Assembly: GCA_030704615.1 (NCBI GenBank)
Contig: CM060734.1
Coordinates: 17,484,001 to 17,548,000 of the forward strand
Reading direction: 5' to 3'
Source of the DNA: Takakia lepidozioides
Taxonomy: Eukaryota > Plantae > Bryophyta
DNA: 64,000 nt
Numbering within the stretch: the first letter of the stretch is position 1; every line of letters begins with the position of its first letter. Shown here piece after piece: positions 1-13,202 of the stretch. Both the position numbers and the translations under genes were made by a program. The notes under the pieces were generated by a model. That model saw only the letters and a list, made by a program, of their open reading frames with translations. It was not told the origin of the DNA and ran no database searches.

Positions 1-1566
1 ACCTTGCTATCGCAGATCTAGTGTAAATCGGTTAACTGCTGTCTCCAGAACACAGTTGAAGAATGAGCAGAGCATATGGCGGAGGAAGCTCAGATAACGA
101 CTGTGCATATTCTGTTATTCATTCCAGATATGCAGCCGTCCATTTTAATTACTTTTCTTGTGGGACCAGTGGTCAGAGAATCCATAGGGGCAGTGTCGGC
201 AACTGTTAAACCGTTAATCAGAACCTCATCAATAAACCCAATAACAAAGCCGACTTCCTGGAAGCATGCCACAGGATCCGAGAATGGGATTGCAGATTAA
301 GTAAATGTATCTATATACTACTACCAATGATCATGCGCACCTGGAAAGTTCCAAATGTGCAACGAATGTGGGGTTTGGATAACAAGGATGACCGTGTATG
401 ATATTCCAAAATTTGTCATCAAACTCTCGTTCATTTATATTTATTTGTTTAAGACTGCGCATCAATTTCTGGGATTCGCTGTTCTTTTTAAATATTGAAC
501 CAGTTATAATTTAGAACACGCCGTTTTGTTTTGGGCGGCACACGTCAGACATCCATAACTGAATACGAACAGCTGTACACCAATTGCTGGCATGTGCACT
601 AATATCGAAACGACTATGTGTAACGGTCACGCGGGAGGGAATCCGATGCTTCTAGAGACACGCAAGAACACAGGTTATCCCGCAAGAAATCGGGAGTCAC
701 TGCGTTTTTCTACTTTTCGCGCTTAGAGGGAGAGTGGTAGTCAAGCTGGAGAGGGTTCCTTCTAGAATACGAAAGAGAAGAAAGTCTCTTTATTTTACTT
801 CCCTTAGAGAGAGACGCAGAGCAAGAGAGCAAATGACGAGGCGTCGTTTGTTGGAGAACACAGGGCCAAGGCAGCAGGTGAACGCGGAGACTGATTCACA
901 AGAGCAGACGGAGACTGAGGCAGCGGCTGCGACACAGCCGGCGATAAGAGTGCGCCAGCCTGTGGAGGCAGAGATGAATCGCAGGGACACTGAAGAAGGT
1001 GGAAGCACGCGGAACGCCGAACCTGACGAAGGTCAAGAAACCCTTGCGCAGACAGAAACTCCAGCAGATGTGAGAGGGAAGAGGAAAGCTGCAGAAGGGG
1101 ATCAAAGTTCAAAACCTAATAAGGTGCCAGTAAGTTTTATCATATAGTCTATGTGATTGCCTTTCAAGGAGTCCTTCCTCTTCCATTCTTTAGCAGGAAC
1201 TACTGAATCGCGAGCGTCGTTAACGCCATTCGATTCTGCTCATGAGATTTATGTACCTATGTGTTTGAAGAGAGAGTCTGCACTTACTATTCTCCCTAAA
1301 CTATACTGAATGTCGTTGCCGCCAATCAGTTGCACATATATGTCATTTCACAACACCGATCCGGCAGGTTGTTATCTTTTGTGATTGTCGTTAACGCCGT
1401 TCGCTATCGCTCTCACTTTTGTTTTGAATACGGCAGTCTCGGCTTTGCATCTGTAGATTGTGCTGAATTCTTTCACACCATTCATGGTGAGTTTCCTTGA
1501 TACAGAGTGATTGTCGTTACCGCCATTCACTATTTGCAAATGACTTAGTCAGAACTGAATGGCATC

Positions 1567-2201
1567 GTGCAGAAAACTGTGAGGTCGAAGCCTACAGGAT
1601 CAGAGGGGAAAGGATCTGGAGATGGGGACGAGTCCGCAAAAAGCTCAGAGAATACAGATGAAGCAGATGAATCCGAAGTGCACTACCTTGACAAGGTGAA
1701 AGAACTCATGTCATTCCAGAAGGTAAACTCTCAGGAGGTTATAAGGGACATGCTCGTATTTGGAGGGCGTCTGGACATACCTCTGTGCCGGATGATATCA
1801 ATGCCTGTTGTGCGTCCACCTCTTTCCCATGACATAACAAAATTGGAGAGTGATTTTGTGCATGGATATAGACTTGGTGCACAAGTTTTTTATGTGTCCC
1901 TGACGGATATAAATGGGAAAAGCACATTAGTTTCTCCAGAGATCAGTGATAACTGGGATGAGTGCTGGAAAGATGCCAATGAGGAGTTCGAGCTGGGCCT
2001 CATGATGGGAAAGAACACCCAGCAATTTTGCAACCACATGTTCTACGTCTGGGACGGCAACCACCGATTGCTGGCATGGATGGGATACATTCAGAAACAC
2101 CATTCGAAAGACAAAGACAAGCATGTTGCTTTGGAGGCAATGGTTTTGGATCCAGGAAACGACATCGCTAGGCTTCTTACAGCTATGCACGACGTGAACA
2201 A
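1567..2201 (+). CDS. Exon encoding a ParB/sulfiredoxin-like domain, apparently spliced to the downstream MULE ORF
   Basis: FYVWDGNHRLLAW matches the ParB/Srx DGxHR signature. The frame ends at a donor (AA|gtaag, 2202) with an acceptor tttgcag| at 2295, in frame with ORF 2270-3832. The acidic ORF 734-1147 is a possible first exon. Confidence 0.6.
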
Positions 2202-2295
2202 GTAAGTCATCCAGGAGATTTGATTCCCTCTGTAGTGTCTTGTTGATCCTCAAAAAACAGTGTTAAGGAATGCAATGTTTTCAATGTTTTTGCAG

Positions 2296-5200
2296 ATCGA
2301 CAGAGAAATCGCATGTGACAACAAGCTTGGTTCACACACTATTCCGAATTCAGAGGATTGATCTGATGAAGCTGGATGATTTTCGGACAGTACTACCACC
2401 CAATATTATCAAGAAGTGCGAAACAGGAAGAGCTGCAGGCACTTGGTATTCTTTGCCGTTCTCCCAGGAAGTCCTTGACAATGGATTTGCAATTGTTCTG
2501 GAACATGTCTTGGCTACCCGTTTTCAGCTGCAGAATGGCTCCATCTTTTTGGAGAAAGAGGTTTACGATCTGAAAGGGAAGTTGGTGAAATATTCTTTCC
2601 AAAACCGTGATGAGACGGCTCATATCAGCCAGTGGAGAGTGCGTCCTGGTCGATACAGAGTACTTGGAGAGCCTCGGCGAAAGTCCCTTGGGTCATATGT
2701 GACGCCCGGGACTGCTGCTTCGGTCGTTGAAGACAAGAGGGAGGTGGTGGTGAAAAAAGAACAGACGTCCTCCACTCCAATCGTTGAGCTTTCGGATTCT
2801 TCCGATGATGACATAAGTGAAATTCCAAATCCAGTCCTTCCTACTGTGGTTGCAGAAGCTGATGAAGAAGAGATTTGTAGTGTCATTCCAAAATTGCGGG
2901 CGATGGGAGGAATGGCTGGATTCAAAAGCGAGTTGCGGGGAATTGATTGGGAATCTTTGAAGCAGGTGCCTGTGAAGTTCTTGCCGGAGACTTTTGATGG
3001 CGATATCCTATTCGAGCTGCCTCCTCCTCCGCGAGTTGGAGGTGTAACAATCATGATGCATGGAATGGACAAGAAACACGACGGGCACCCGTGGTGCAGA
3101 ACAAAAACATCCAATATTCAGAATGATGACAAGCTTGTTTTCAGGAGGACAGTTTGCAATGGACACCTTAGGTGTGATAATTTGAATTGCAGACACTTTC
3201 TTCAGTCTGGAGTTCATAATCAAAGCGAATGGGAGGGTCTGGCAGAGAATCCATTTCAGCCTGGGACTGCCCCTCCACCGGCAAACACTTTCGTCTGCAA
3301 ATTCTGCAAACTTGTGCCATCCTGCTTGGCGCTCTGCGGAGCAAGAATGTACTATGTTGTCCACCGTTTGAATACAATGACGAGAGCTTGTGTGCATTTT
3401 GGATTCCATAACCATCCTGTCTCGAAGGGGGATTACAGGGAGAGTGTTGAGACAGTATCGAGGTTGATCAAACAGGAGTTCGGGAGAAACCCATCCGCAA
3501 CAACATCTGCAATTGCTCTTGGCGCAAGCAAGTCCTTCTTGGAAAGCCATATTTTGAGTGAAGGAGATTCTGTGGGGACTAAACTTGACGGTGCAGCATT
3601 GGACCTGGTCATGGATCATTTCTCCACTTTAAGTTCACCTAACATTCGGCATCAGATCAATGCATTGAGAATGGGCTCTGGGATCAGAGGCTACATAGAC
3701 AATATTTTGGAATTGAAACGACTGAGCAAGTACGATTACATCCAGGACAATGTATTCCCAGGTCAAGGTGCCATCAAAGTTTTCTTTTCAAAATGTCGAC
3801 TGTTGGGGAGGGCAGTGGGGTTAGCCTCGTGAAGCGGATGCAGAAGACTGGGGACTTGCAGAACTGTTTTCTTATGTTTGATCATGTGAAACGAGTGAAG
3901 GATTGGACGACAATGGCTTGTCATGTCTACGATCCAGTGTACCAACGAGTTATGACAATTGCAGTTTGTGACATGCAATCCGAGGATACGGAATCCCAGA
4001 AGCTCATGTGGAATTCCCTGATACGTGTCATGGGCTGCCATGGGCTGCCATCTCCAAATTTTGCAGGTTTCATGGCGGATAGTGCTCAAGCAAATTTCAA
4101 TGCTATTCGTATTGTCTTCGGATCGGGCGACCCAAAAGTGCCTATGCCAGGAAGAGAGCGTACATGTCTATTCCATTGGACACAATCTCTGGAAAAACAT
4201 ACAAAGTCGGACATCAAACCAGAGATGCAGACTCAGCACCGTAAATTGTGCAAAGAGTACAAAGATGCTAGAACAATGAAGGAGGCGGACACTTTGTTCC
4301 AGACAATTCGTGCCTGGTGGTTCTCTTCTGGAGCTGCATCACTTGAGAGTATGAGAGCATTGGAAGATTGGCTGGCGTTTTGGCACTTCCGGTATAGACA
4401 GTGGGGAGCAGCCATGACAATGGTACGAGGCTTCTATTTCATGCTTTATTCATACATTTGCTTTCCATATTTTTGTTGCTTTCTTTATGTTGTTTCCTGT
4501 GCACTGTTCTGAAGTGTGGTTATCCTCTTTGCAGAACATGTCCATTGAGGAAATGGCAGACATGCCATCTTGCAATTTGGCAGAAACTGTGCACAATGCA
4601 TGGTTGCAGCAGTTTGGGAAAAGAGGTCGGGATTTGTATGTGGCAACAACAGATGATTTGATACGTGCCTTGCAACAACAAACCCGATACCGTGATTTCT
4701 TACGATGTGGGGTTGGTGGCAAGGGTCCGGACAAATCGGAGTTGATGTTGCGTGCTGCAAACAGATCTGGGGATCCAATCAAGATAGCACGGGCGGTGAG
4801 CATGTATGCCCAGGGAACGCCACTTGTTTCTAGAGTTCCACATCTTGAAGGGGAGGAGAGATTCGGCTCCTGTAAGAGGAAATTGAACACTCCACCTGGT
4901 TCGGATTCAGATTCCCACAGGGCAGACCGTGATAACTTCTCGAAGCCTCGTGTTCCCCTGCATGACAGCTCCGTGTCCGGAACCTCCATTGTGGAGGAAC
5001 CTCCAACACGACGGCAAGCTCCAGCATCAAACCGTGCCACTGAAATGGTGCAGGAGAGAAACAACCCCCTTGATGTGCTTGAGTCCGCATGCCCCGACCA
5101 CGTTTGGCACATAGAACGCACAAGTGTCGGGTCTCGTGTGAAATGTACAGCGATCAGGGCAACTAATTTCGAGAAGTGCACTTCATCTATATCCAGAGGT

Positions 5201-5919
5201 GGTGCCCGAACTCCTGCTCCGACTTTCACGGGCTTGATGCGTCCATACGGTCAACCAGAAGCCAAGAACCACAAGTTCTGGTTCTGCGCAGATGATTGTG
5301 CCAGATGTGTGCATGGAACTGTGCGTCCTTCCGTAGTGATGAAGCCATCTCCTCCAACCGTTTGGCCCGTGAAGGTGGGAACACATCTCAGCTTTCAGGA
5401 GATTGAAATGCTGGAGGAGGCAGGTTTTTCCCTTGCGAGACAACCCCAACTCCATGCATGTGCTACTACTCCTGCGTCCTCCCGGGTCCCCCGGCAAATC
5501 CTGACTTGTGGCCAACCAAACGAGATGGAAAGCTCGTTCGGCGTTTCCCTCCAACCGCTGAACACTTTGGCAAAGTGGAGTCCGCAAGAATGCTCCAAGC
5601 TCGTGTTGGAAGCACCACGGAAGTACCCGATCCAGGATATGGTCGGGTATTCACAATCATCACTTCCACATCTGCTGTTCATGACAGGACCTACGACATC
5701 ACGGTTTCCAATTTCCCCAATTGCACATGTCCTGATTTTGTGAATATGCTATCAACCAGTTTGGGCAAGAGAGGTAAATTCATACCCTGCAAACATTTGT
5801 ATTTCATATTTTTGAGGAGGATGGTTTGCGATCCCAAACGTGACAACTTCATTCACCAGGCCACTATGAGTTTCAACGAGGTCGATACTCTTTTGCAGCG
5901 GGATACAACACATGGGTAG
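2296..5919 (+). pseudogene. Mutator-like (MULE) transposase: GCM/WRKY-like Zn domain, DDE core, C-terminal SWIM finger; one intron, two frameshifts
   Basis: GCM-like W..TKTSN...RRTVCNGHLRC..C...CKFC....C...HFGFHNHP (about 3090-3420). Catalytic D in MFDH (~3880), D in FMADS (~4078), CLFH (CxxH) and E in NLAETVHN (~4585). SWIM CTCPDF...CKH (~5720-5800). Intron 4422-4535 (ATG|gtacg...tttgcag|AAC). Frameshifts near 3785 and 5450. Confidence 0.85.
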
Positions 5920-6304
5920 CATGAACTATGTAATGTGGTATGTGGATGACCATGATTTGAAATGTGTAATTCACATCAATTCGTCGGCTGTGCAATGATA
6001 TGGCCTCCAACTATACGGAGTGAGGTCTGAGTGACAACTTTTAGGTAGTGCACATTTGTCATTGCACCGTTCGAAGTCTACATGTCTTGCTGTCGCTATG
6101 CACTACAATCATCTTTTGAAGATGATCATAACTCTCATTGTTATTTGAGGAGGGAGGAAGTCTTCTCGTGGCAGCCTTTATGGCGCACACTTTGTGAGGA
6201 TATTTTGTCGTCTTCGTAATTGTAAAAGTGAAACAAACATTTGTAATTGCACAATGTTGGATGCTGCAATTGTAGGCCTCAACGCTCGTCTTGATTCTAT
6301 TTAG

Positions 6305-6560
6305 GCAAGATTCCCTGCATTAATTCCACGGTCATAGGACCATCCACGGTTATAGGCGGCGCATGTTAATGCTGACGTGGCAGTTGACGGGCAGTGCCAC
6401 GTCATCATTTACCGCCACATCAGCATGCTGACATGACGCTCACGCCACGTCAGCATGTGTGCAGGCTCACGCCACGTCAGCTGGCGTGAGCGTACGCTCA
6501 CGCCACGTCACTCCTGCGTGAGCGTACGCTCGCGCGCTCACGTGCAACGCTCACGCCATT
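6305..6560. repeat. Cluster of CCACGTCA/TGACGTGG motifs, resembling a DNA-transposon terminal or subterminal region
   Basis: Repeated ctcacgccacgtcagc and gcgtgagcgtacgctc units, several of them palindromic. No partner TIR was found. Confidence 0.45.
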
Positions 6561-6699
6561 GCGTCGTTGGAACCTCGAGCACCTCCCACGTGTGCCATGG
6601 ATGTCTACACCCGTGGTCCTCACCGGCTCGCCCCCACTCGGTGCCTGTACCGTCTCGGTAGGCAGAGAGACCATCAAGGGAAGTGCATTCCGCACTCTA

Positions 6700-7601
6700 T
6701 GTTGCTCAGCCATAGCCAAGCTGATAATCCAGGTCAAGCAATTGAGATCCATTGCTTGCCCCAACACCTGACGACGTGATGCCTCAGAAAGAGAAGGCAC
6801 TGCCGTGGTCCGAGTGGAAAATCCCATAGCCCGCTCTCGCTCGTCGGCATTAGGCTCCACTAACTGTTGCAACTGGCTATCCCACAAGAGACCAGGTCCA
6901 CCATCCCGAAAAGCATGGGATCCTGGGAAGCTGAGCAGTGTAGGTAATGCTGCTCGTGGTTGAGCCACCCTGTTGACCACTGCCAAAGGCGAATGGTCAT
7001 CTTGTCTCACACGTTGAGACTGCCTTCTTGTGTCCAAAATGCCATCCACGGTGAGGTGTGCTGGCCGCTGCACCCCATCAAATGCACGCTTGAGTAGTGC
7101 GGGTGGCATCAAGTTAGTCCACCAAAGCCGTGGACGATGAGCCCGTGATCCCACTGCAGCTGCATCCAGCAGCACTGCTGACCCAAGCCACGACCGGACT
7201 TGATGCACACTGGCCATCACCCTGGCCCGAGAATCGCCCATCAGTGGCACATTCTCTAAGATGTATGCTGGCGATACAGCTTGATGAAGCTGCAAGTGGC
7301 GCAAAATCCGCACCATCTCCCAAAACAGACCCGTCCTCGAGTCTCACAATCCATTGCCATGCCCGGCTGATGAATGCCCTTGGCAGGGCCAACCTACCAC
7401 TATCAGATCAATGGAGCCAACCTGCTCCAAATCCTGCGCCCCCAGCAACGAAATGTCTGCTGGCAAGGCTTGTTGGTATCCACGAACTGCAGACACTGGC
7501 AACAAAGTAGGGTACTGCTGTACCAACTGAGCAACATGGCGCAGTGAGACGCGTCGTGCAGTCTTATCCCTCTCCACATACAGATAACGCCTTACCCGCA
7601 C
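6700..7601 (-). pseudogene. DNMT3-like C5 cytosine methyltransferase domain (copy A), motif I deleted
   Basis: YLYVE (II), IDLIVVGWPCQGHS (IV), YILENV (VI), AHRPRLWWTNL (VIII; cf. DNMT3 AHRARYFWGNL), ERERAMGF (IX), RRQVLGQAM (X). One frameshift near 7340. Confidence 0.9.
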
Positions 7602-9111
7602 ACTTGAGCTGTAGCCATGGCAGCGAGCCTCTGCTCTAGCTGCTGAAGCCGGTTGGCCATGCCTTGGTCAACACCCTGACCTCCGCGTCCTTGGCCATGT
7701 TGAGCTTGCCCTTGACCTGCACCTCGTGCCCGACCACCTCGTCCTCTCTGGGCTGGTCCACCTCGCCCCCGGCCACCATTGTTCCCTTGGAACTGGCCTG
7801 GGCGCAACTCAGGATGCAAGTCATAACACTGGGCATCTCCATGCCCATACTTGCCACAATGCCCACACTACAACTGTGCAGGCTGTACTTGTGCCGGCCT
7901 TCTGCCACTCTCTGGGCAATCTCTTTTGACATGGGGTCCTCCACATGTCCAACATATCACCCCTGGTTGTTGTTGGCCTGCAAAAGATGCCACGGGCCTC
8001 TGCACCTGAGGTCCCCTGTAAGCTCCATGGAACTTGGGTTGGGAAACCTTGCCCCCCTGACCACGCTGTTGAGCAGTCCCTTGTGCCTGTGGGCTGGCAG
8101 CTGCGCCTCGTGCAAGCATGTCCTTGCCAAATCCAATGGTAACAACTCGCTCCTCCACCATGTTGAGCTCAATCTGCTCAGCCAGCAGAAATACACATCT
8201 GCTAATGTGGGTTGGGCTGCTTGTAACAGGGTTGCATCTCGCACCCTTCTCTTGAGCTCCTTGTCCATAATTCCATACCAAAACTGGATTGCCTGAGCTT
8301 CAGTAACCCCTTGGGTCACACTTATCAAGCGCCTCATACGAGTGTACGCCTCTCGCAGGCTCTCACTGGGTTTGCGCTGGAAGTCTTGCAAACTTCGCAG
8401 CTTCTCTGTCCGTACACCTTGGTAGTTCCTCCGCAACTCCTGGAAGAACTCCACCACCGGGTTGAATCTAGGCACATGTGTTGTAGTTGTGGCAGGAGGA
8501 GTAGTAGCACCTTTTGAACTGGTACCACCTGCAGAAGTACCGGCACTACTTGCTCCACTACTAGTGCTGGCAGTGGAAGATATTGGTACTGATGCAGCTA
8601 CTGGTCGCGTCGTGCCTCGAGTAATGGAGACGTAGTCAGGTGACCAATACATCCTCCACTCCTCAATCTCTGCTTCATGTCCTCGCCTGAACTCATGGTA
8701 ATCGTCCATAGGCGGTCCTTCCAAATGCTGGAACAGTCCTTTCCACGCCATGAATGGGGTGAATAGCTGTGGATTGCGCATCTGCTGCAAATCACACCAG
8801 CTGTCAAACTCCTGGATAAAGTCATCCAACTCGATTGTGCCCACAGCTCCAGAGTACCTACGAGGCCCCTTGGTAGCTCCATATATCTCCTCCATGTCGT
8901 CCCATAACAATGGCAAATGAAACTGCACACCTGTTGATGAAGCCTCCGAGTCTGTGTCTGACTCTGCACTAGTTGAGGGTGGAGGTGAAGGTGGTCTGAA
9001 ACGAACACCTCGTCTGGTGAACCTACTCTCACTGCTACTGCATGTAGCCGTACTCCCCTCAGAACCCCTGGGTAACTCCGTGATGACACTCACAATGTGT
9101 ACCTCCCCCAC
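7602..9111 (-). pseudogene. gag with two Zn knuckles (copy A)
   Basis: Capsid-like region (LQDFQRKPSESLREAYTRMRRL), CWTCGGPHVKRDC knuckle, second CCHC and RGG-rich tail. Frameshifted. Confidence 0.85.
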
Positions 9112-9777
9112 GTGACACTATAAGGCTCTATTACTAATTCTAATAGTGACACGGGTAGGCATCTGTTGCAGTTTAAGGGTCATATCCCAGTGGCTCAGGG
9201 CACCTGCACCTGCATCCACCGCAAGAACTCCTATGGTTGGCTGGTCATCAACCCAGTCTCACCATAGAAGAAACACTGGTGGTCTTGCTGGTCATCACTC
9301 CAGCCTCACCACCGACAACATACTCTAGGATTGACCGGTGATCAAATCCGGCCTAATCCCTATGAAAGCAAGCGCCCACACAAAACCAACATGGCGCACA
9401 GTCAAGCATGCAGGTGTTGGGGGGGATCCAAACACAAGAAATCAAAACATCAACACCCCCACACCAAAATCCATCTGCAGTGCTGACCTGCAGAATATCC
9501 CAGCCCAAAACCCCGGATTGACTGGCCTCCACCAAGAGAGGCTTTGGCAACTACGAGTACAAGGTAATGAAAATAGTACAGAGATGGAGGGGAAGAATAG
9601 AAGCCCGCCCAAGCAAGATCTAATCCTGATCTATGCTATCAACTGCCAGACTTCTCTCAAAGTGCCTTGCTCTGCATGATGGTAAGGTGTAGGAGGTATA
9701 TCTATGTCCAGAAACCTGCCACTAACCTTGTCCCAAGCTACAGTAGCTCGCTCTAACCAACCCTCCTCCTCTTTCTG

Positions 9778-10380
9778 CTAGGTAGAGACAAAGCAATACT
9801 CCCCTATCTCCCGCTCATTGAACACTAAAGAAAACAAAGGTAGGGTCTGATAGTCTCTCAACTCGAAAGCTTTGAGACGGTTGCGGGTGTCCTCATTGCG
9901 AATGACTGCATCTCCTTCAAGCAAAACAAACTTGTCATTGCTAATGAACCCCCGCTCGTGGTTGCCTTGTGCAGAGCGTATCCGGCTGCAACCATGTTTG
10001 ATTGCACAAACTTGTGCAGCTCCTGCTCCTCTGCTCCAGTACACCACGGCCTTGTGGCTGAACACCTTGATCCCTGGGGCTGTCTTTGGTTGTGTTCCAA
10101 GCCTAGCTTTCACCCACTTTGGTATTTCACCTACAGCTGCAGAACTGCTGGCTCCAACAGAGTTCGGACTATCCAAAGCAACATTGAGGCCCTCAACGCC
10201 AACTACAGCAGTTTGTTATCTACTGCTAATGCCTGACTCCCAGTATGCAATCAACTCATCCAGCTGTTCTCCACTCAAATCAGTCTGAGTTCCTTGGGAA
10301 ACATAAATCCTGTCCCCTTGTGTGCACAGGCTAAGAGACGAGACCTGCCCTTCAATTACGTCCTCATTTCCCCCAGCCAT
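9778..10380 (-). pseudogene. Extra ORF (~200 codons, one internal stop) upstream of gag in copy A; function unknown
   Basis: ATG at 10380 (MAGGNEDVIEGQ...) is in frame with ORF 9778-10176 across a single TAA, in the sense orientation of the element. Confidence 0.4.
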
Positions 10381-12868
10381 ACAAGGAGAACATCCACAGA
10401 CTTGTCTCTCATATAGACCAGAACAAGTTCTAGAAACAGAATTGTGGATCTTTCATGGCACACTCACACTCTAAAAATTCCATAGATTTTTAGCAGAGTC
10501 CCAAAAACAAAAACCAGGTCTAGATAGGTAGATATCCCCTTTCTGCAGCTATCCCCTCAAGAACTGAGTCAAACGAAGCTCATTTGACAAAGATATGACC
10601 AACCAGGCTCTTTAAACATAACACCTTTTTTTTCTTTTCTTTTTTTTCTTTTCTTTTCTTTTTTTTAAAATATAAGACAAAACAAATACAAGGAAAACTC
10701 TATTTTCAATACTTGTCTTGGTTCCCTGTTCCCTGGTTTCTTGTTCCCTGGTTCCCAGTGACTGGCTCTCCTCCAGTCGAGATCCGTAGCTATGCTGAGC
10801 CTTAATCCTTTGCACCAATATTCCCAACAAAAGCAGGAACACTTACAATGCAACCCCGGAAAGCACCAGATCGGAAATATCTGATCGGGCTCAGCACTAT
10901 AGTGCCAGGGGGACATAAACCAGATTTTAGGAGCAGCCAGAGGAAATGCAAGTTATGCCAGCATCATCCAGACCATCCCTGCATCTTGGATATGCATCCT
11001 CCAGCAAGGGCCGTTGCCTCCATTGCCCGACACTTGGTTACATGCTCAGCCAAACCTAATTAGGTCATTTCCGTGACAGATTTCAGCGGCATTCAAATCA
11101 CTGGCCTCGCTATGCACTGCTGCCCTCAATCAAACATCCTGCAAAGCTGGCTGTCTTTCTCTGGCAGATCGCAAATAGAATTCTAAAGGTAGGGCGTTGG
11201 CTTCAATTCACCCGTGCACTGCTCTGCACATGCTGCTCACTTGGGGTTTCAGAATCCCTGGAACACTGCCTACTGCAATGCAACATACCTTCAAAAATCT
11301 GACCCAAGATTCACTGGCTGCTCGGACACCGGCATGACCAAACCTCTTTAACTCCAATCAGCCTGCTACTGAATTACGATCTCAATGCCCAGTTGAGCTG
11401 CCAGTCTCGCATTCACTGTCCCCACCAAGGCAGCTGCATGAATACTATGAATACCATCACAGCTCCCATCTTCCACTCTAACCGGTTGGATGAGTACGGC
11501 CTTGAGGTCTGGTCAAGGCCACCAACTGCACCTGGGTTGTCCCAGTTCTCTGTTGCCCAGTTCGGGTCACCTTGCTAATCGTTGGTGTTTTCAAACGGGT
11601 TTATCCCATACACCAGACAAAGGGATAATCAGGAAAGTCTGGAGTTCAGAAGCTGATAGAGCTCATATTCCTGCACCAATTAAATGAATGTGGTATCTCG
11701 CACTAAGACTCCTAGGACCAGCATCTGTGCAGAAGTAAGTACCCTTGACGCCGAAATGACAGTAGAGGCAAGTGATCAGTTGGAAGTGTTCAATGATGAG
11801 ACAAGTAGAGCTGGAGCTCCCTTGACCTGTATCGCCACAATCCTGCACCAAGTCAGGAGGACTTGTGAGGACTTGGTCTTAAAGGAAGAACTTATCTTTC
11901 AACAATCAGAACCATTGGCGGGACGGAGGAGCAGTGTCAGATATATGGTGACAAACTTGGACTCGGGCAGTGTGCTGAGTTGAAAGCTGGGTTGTGAACC
12001 ACCATTCGACTTTCCACCAGTTTCCACCTCAAAATGGTGGAACCAAGGTGCAAGGTAGCAACAACTACTTGGCTTTGTACAAACCTGAAGCACTTAAAAA
12101 CGACTTTGCACCTTGCACTCCCCGAAATCAACAATGCCCCCAACAACCCTTTTTGTCAGGAAGCTGGTTGCTTATGCAGATAATCGACCAAGTGAAAGCA
12201 GCTTTCCCAGCCACCTTCAATGACAAAGGCGTTGGAGTTGTTGGGGTTAGTGGGGGGAGAGGGTGGTGGGATAGAGTAGTGAGAGTGTGGTGTGGTAGGA
12301 GTATATGGGGGGTGGGTGCATGTTTGTGATGGAGACCAGGTGGGGGAGGGCCCGGCGACTGTGGTTGGTTATCGGGTGGTGGCAGGACAGCGGTATCATT
12401 GGAAGACTGAGGGGAGAGTCTAGGTACATGGGGTCTTGGTGTGTTGTTGTGCGAGAGGTCCTGAGCTTATGGAGGATAGAGGGGGCCGGGTCTGACCTGA
12501 ACTCAGGGAGTAAGTCTTGTGGGCTGTGTGGGAAAAGCCGACATGGGAGATCACAATCTAGGGTGCATGAGGTAGAGGGGTAGCAGAATAAGGTACAGAG
12601 GTATAGGAGGAACTGGCAAATCTTAGTAGTGGCTCTTGAGTATTTCAGAGTGTATTCACGGGGGGTTATTAGCTTGGTACCGGTGGCAGTGGTGAGTTGG
12701 GTGAGGTTAGTGATATGTCGTGCCTTGAAGTAGTTGAGGATGGGTGTTTTCTGGCGGGGGTGAGATGTTTAAAATTGGGGGAGGAAAGGGGAAAAAAAAA
12801 AGAAAAAAAAAAGTGGATGCGTTGCCGAAGCAAGCGTAACTTATGGTGTCACTTGACCCAGAAGGGCT

Positions 12869-13120
12869 CACTATTGCAAAAAGGGGGGGTTTACGACGCC
12901 CACGGCCCGGCGCGCGCGGCACCGTGCGACCCCACTTATTAGCGACGCCAAGAGGGTTGCTATTCAGGGGTCGCTATACTGAAATCCCAGCAAAATGAGG
13001 ATCCCAAAATGACTAAGTCATTGGAACCGACCCCCCTGGCGTCGCTAATACCGCGGGGTTGATTTCCCGTCGGTTTCTTCCTGCGACGCCCCTGCCGTCG
13101 GTCCCCATCCGACCCCTCTG
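12869..13120 (+). mobile_element. CACTA (En/Spm) left terminus with subterminal repeats
   Basis: CACTATTGCAAAAAGGGG at 12869, followed by direct and inverted tagcgacgcc / ggcgtcgcta / ggggtcgcta repeats. Confidence 0.65.
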
Positions 13121-13202
13121 GGGTCGGATTTGGGTTTTTTGCCCCCAAACGACCTCCGGGCCAACAAAATATATTTTTAACACTGTCAAGAATCCAAGCT
13201 AG

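Larger units (their letters stand above)
6575..11078 (-). mobile_element. DNMT-gypsy copy A (divergent subfamily, internally deleted, 3' truncated)
   Basis: Starts TGTCACGG at 11078 (cf. TGTCATGG in copy B). Leader block 9190-9500, gag and DNMT are homologous to copies B/C. Homology ends near 6575. Confidence 0.85.

Noticed and set aside
11080-12860. Possible host exon fragments and purine-rich tract
   Set aside because: Splice-like sites are present but no coherent or recognisable protein could be built.
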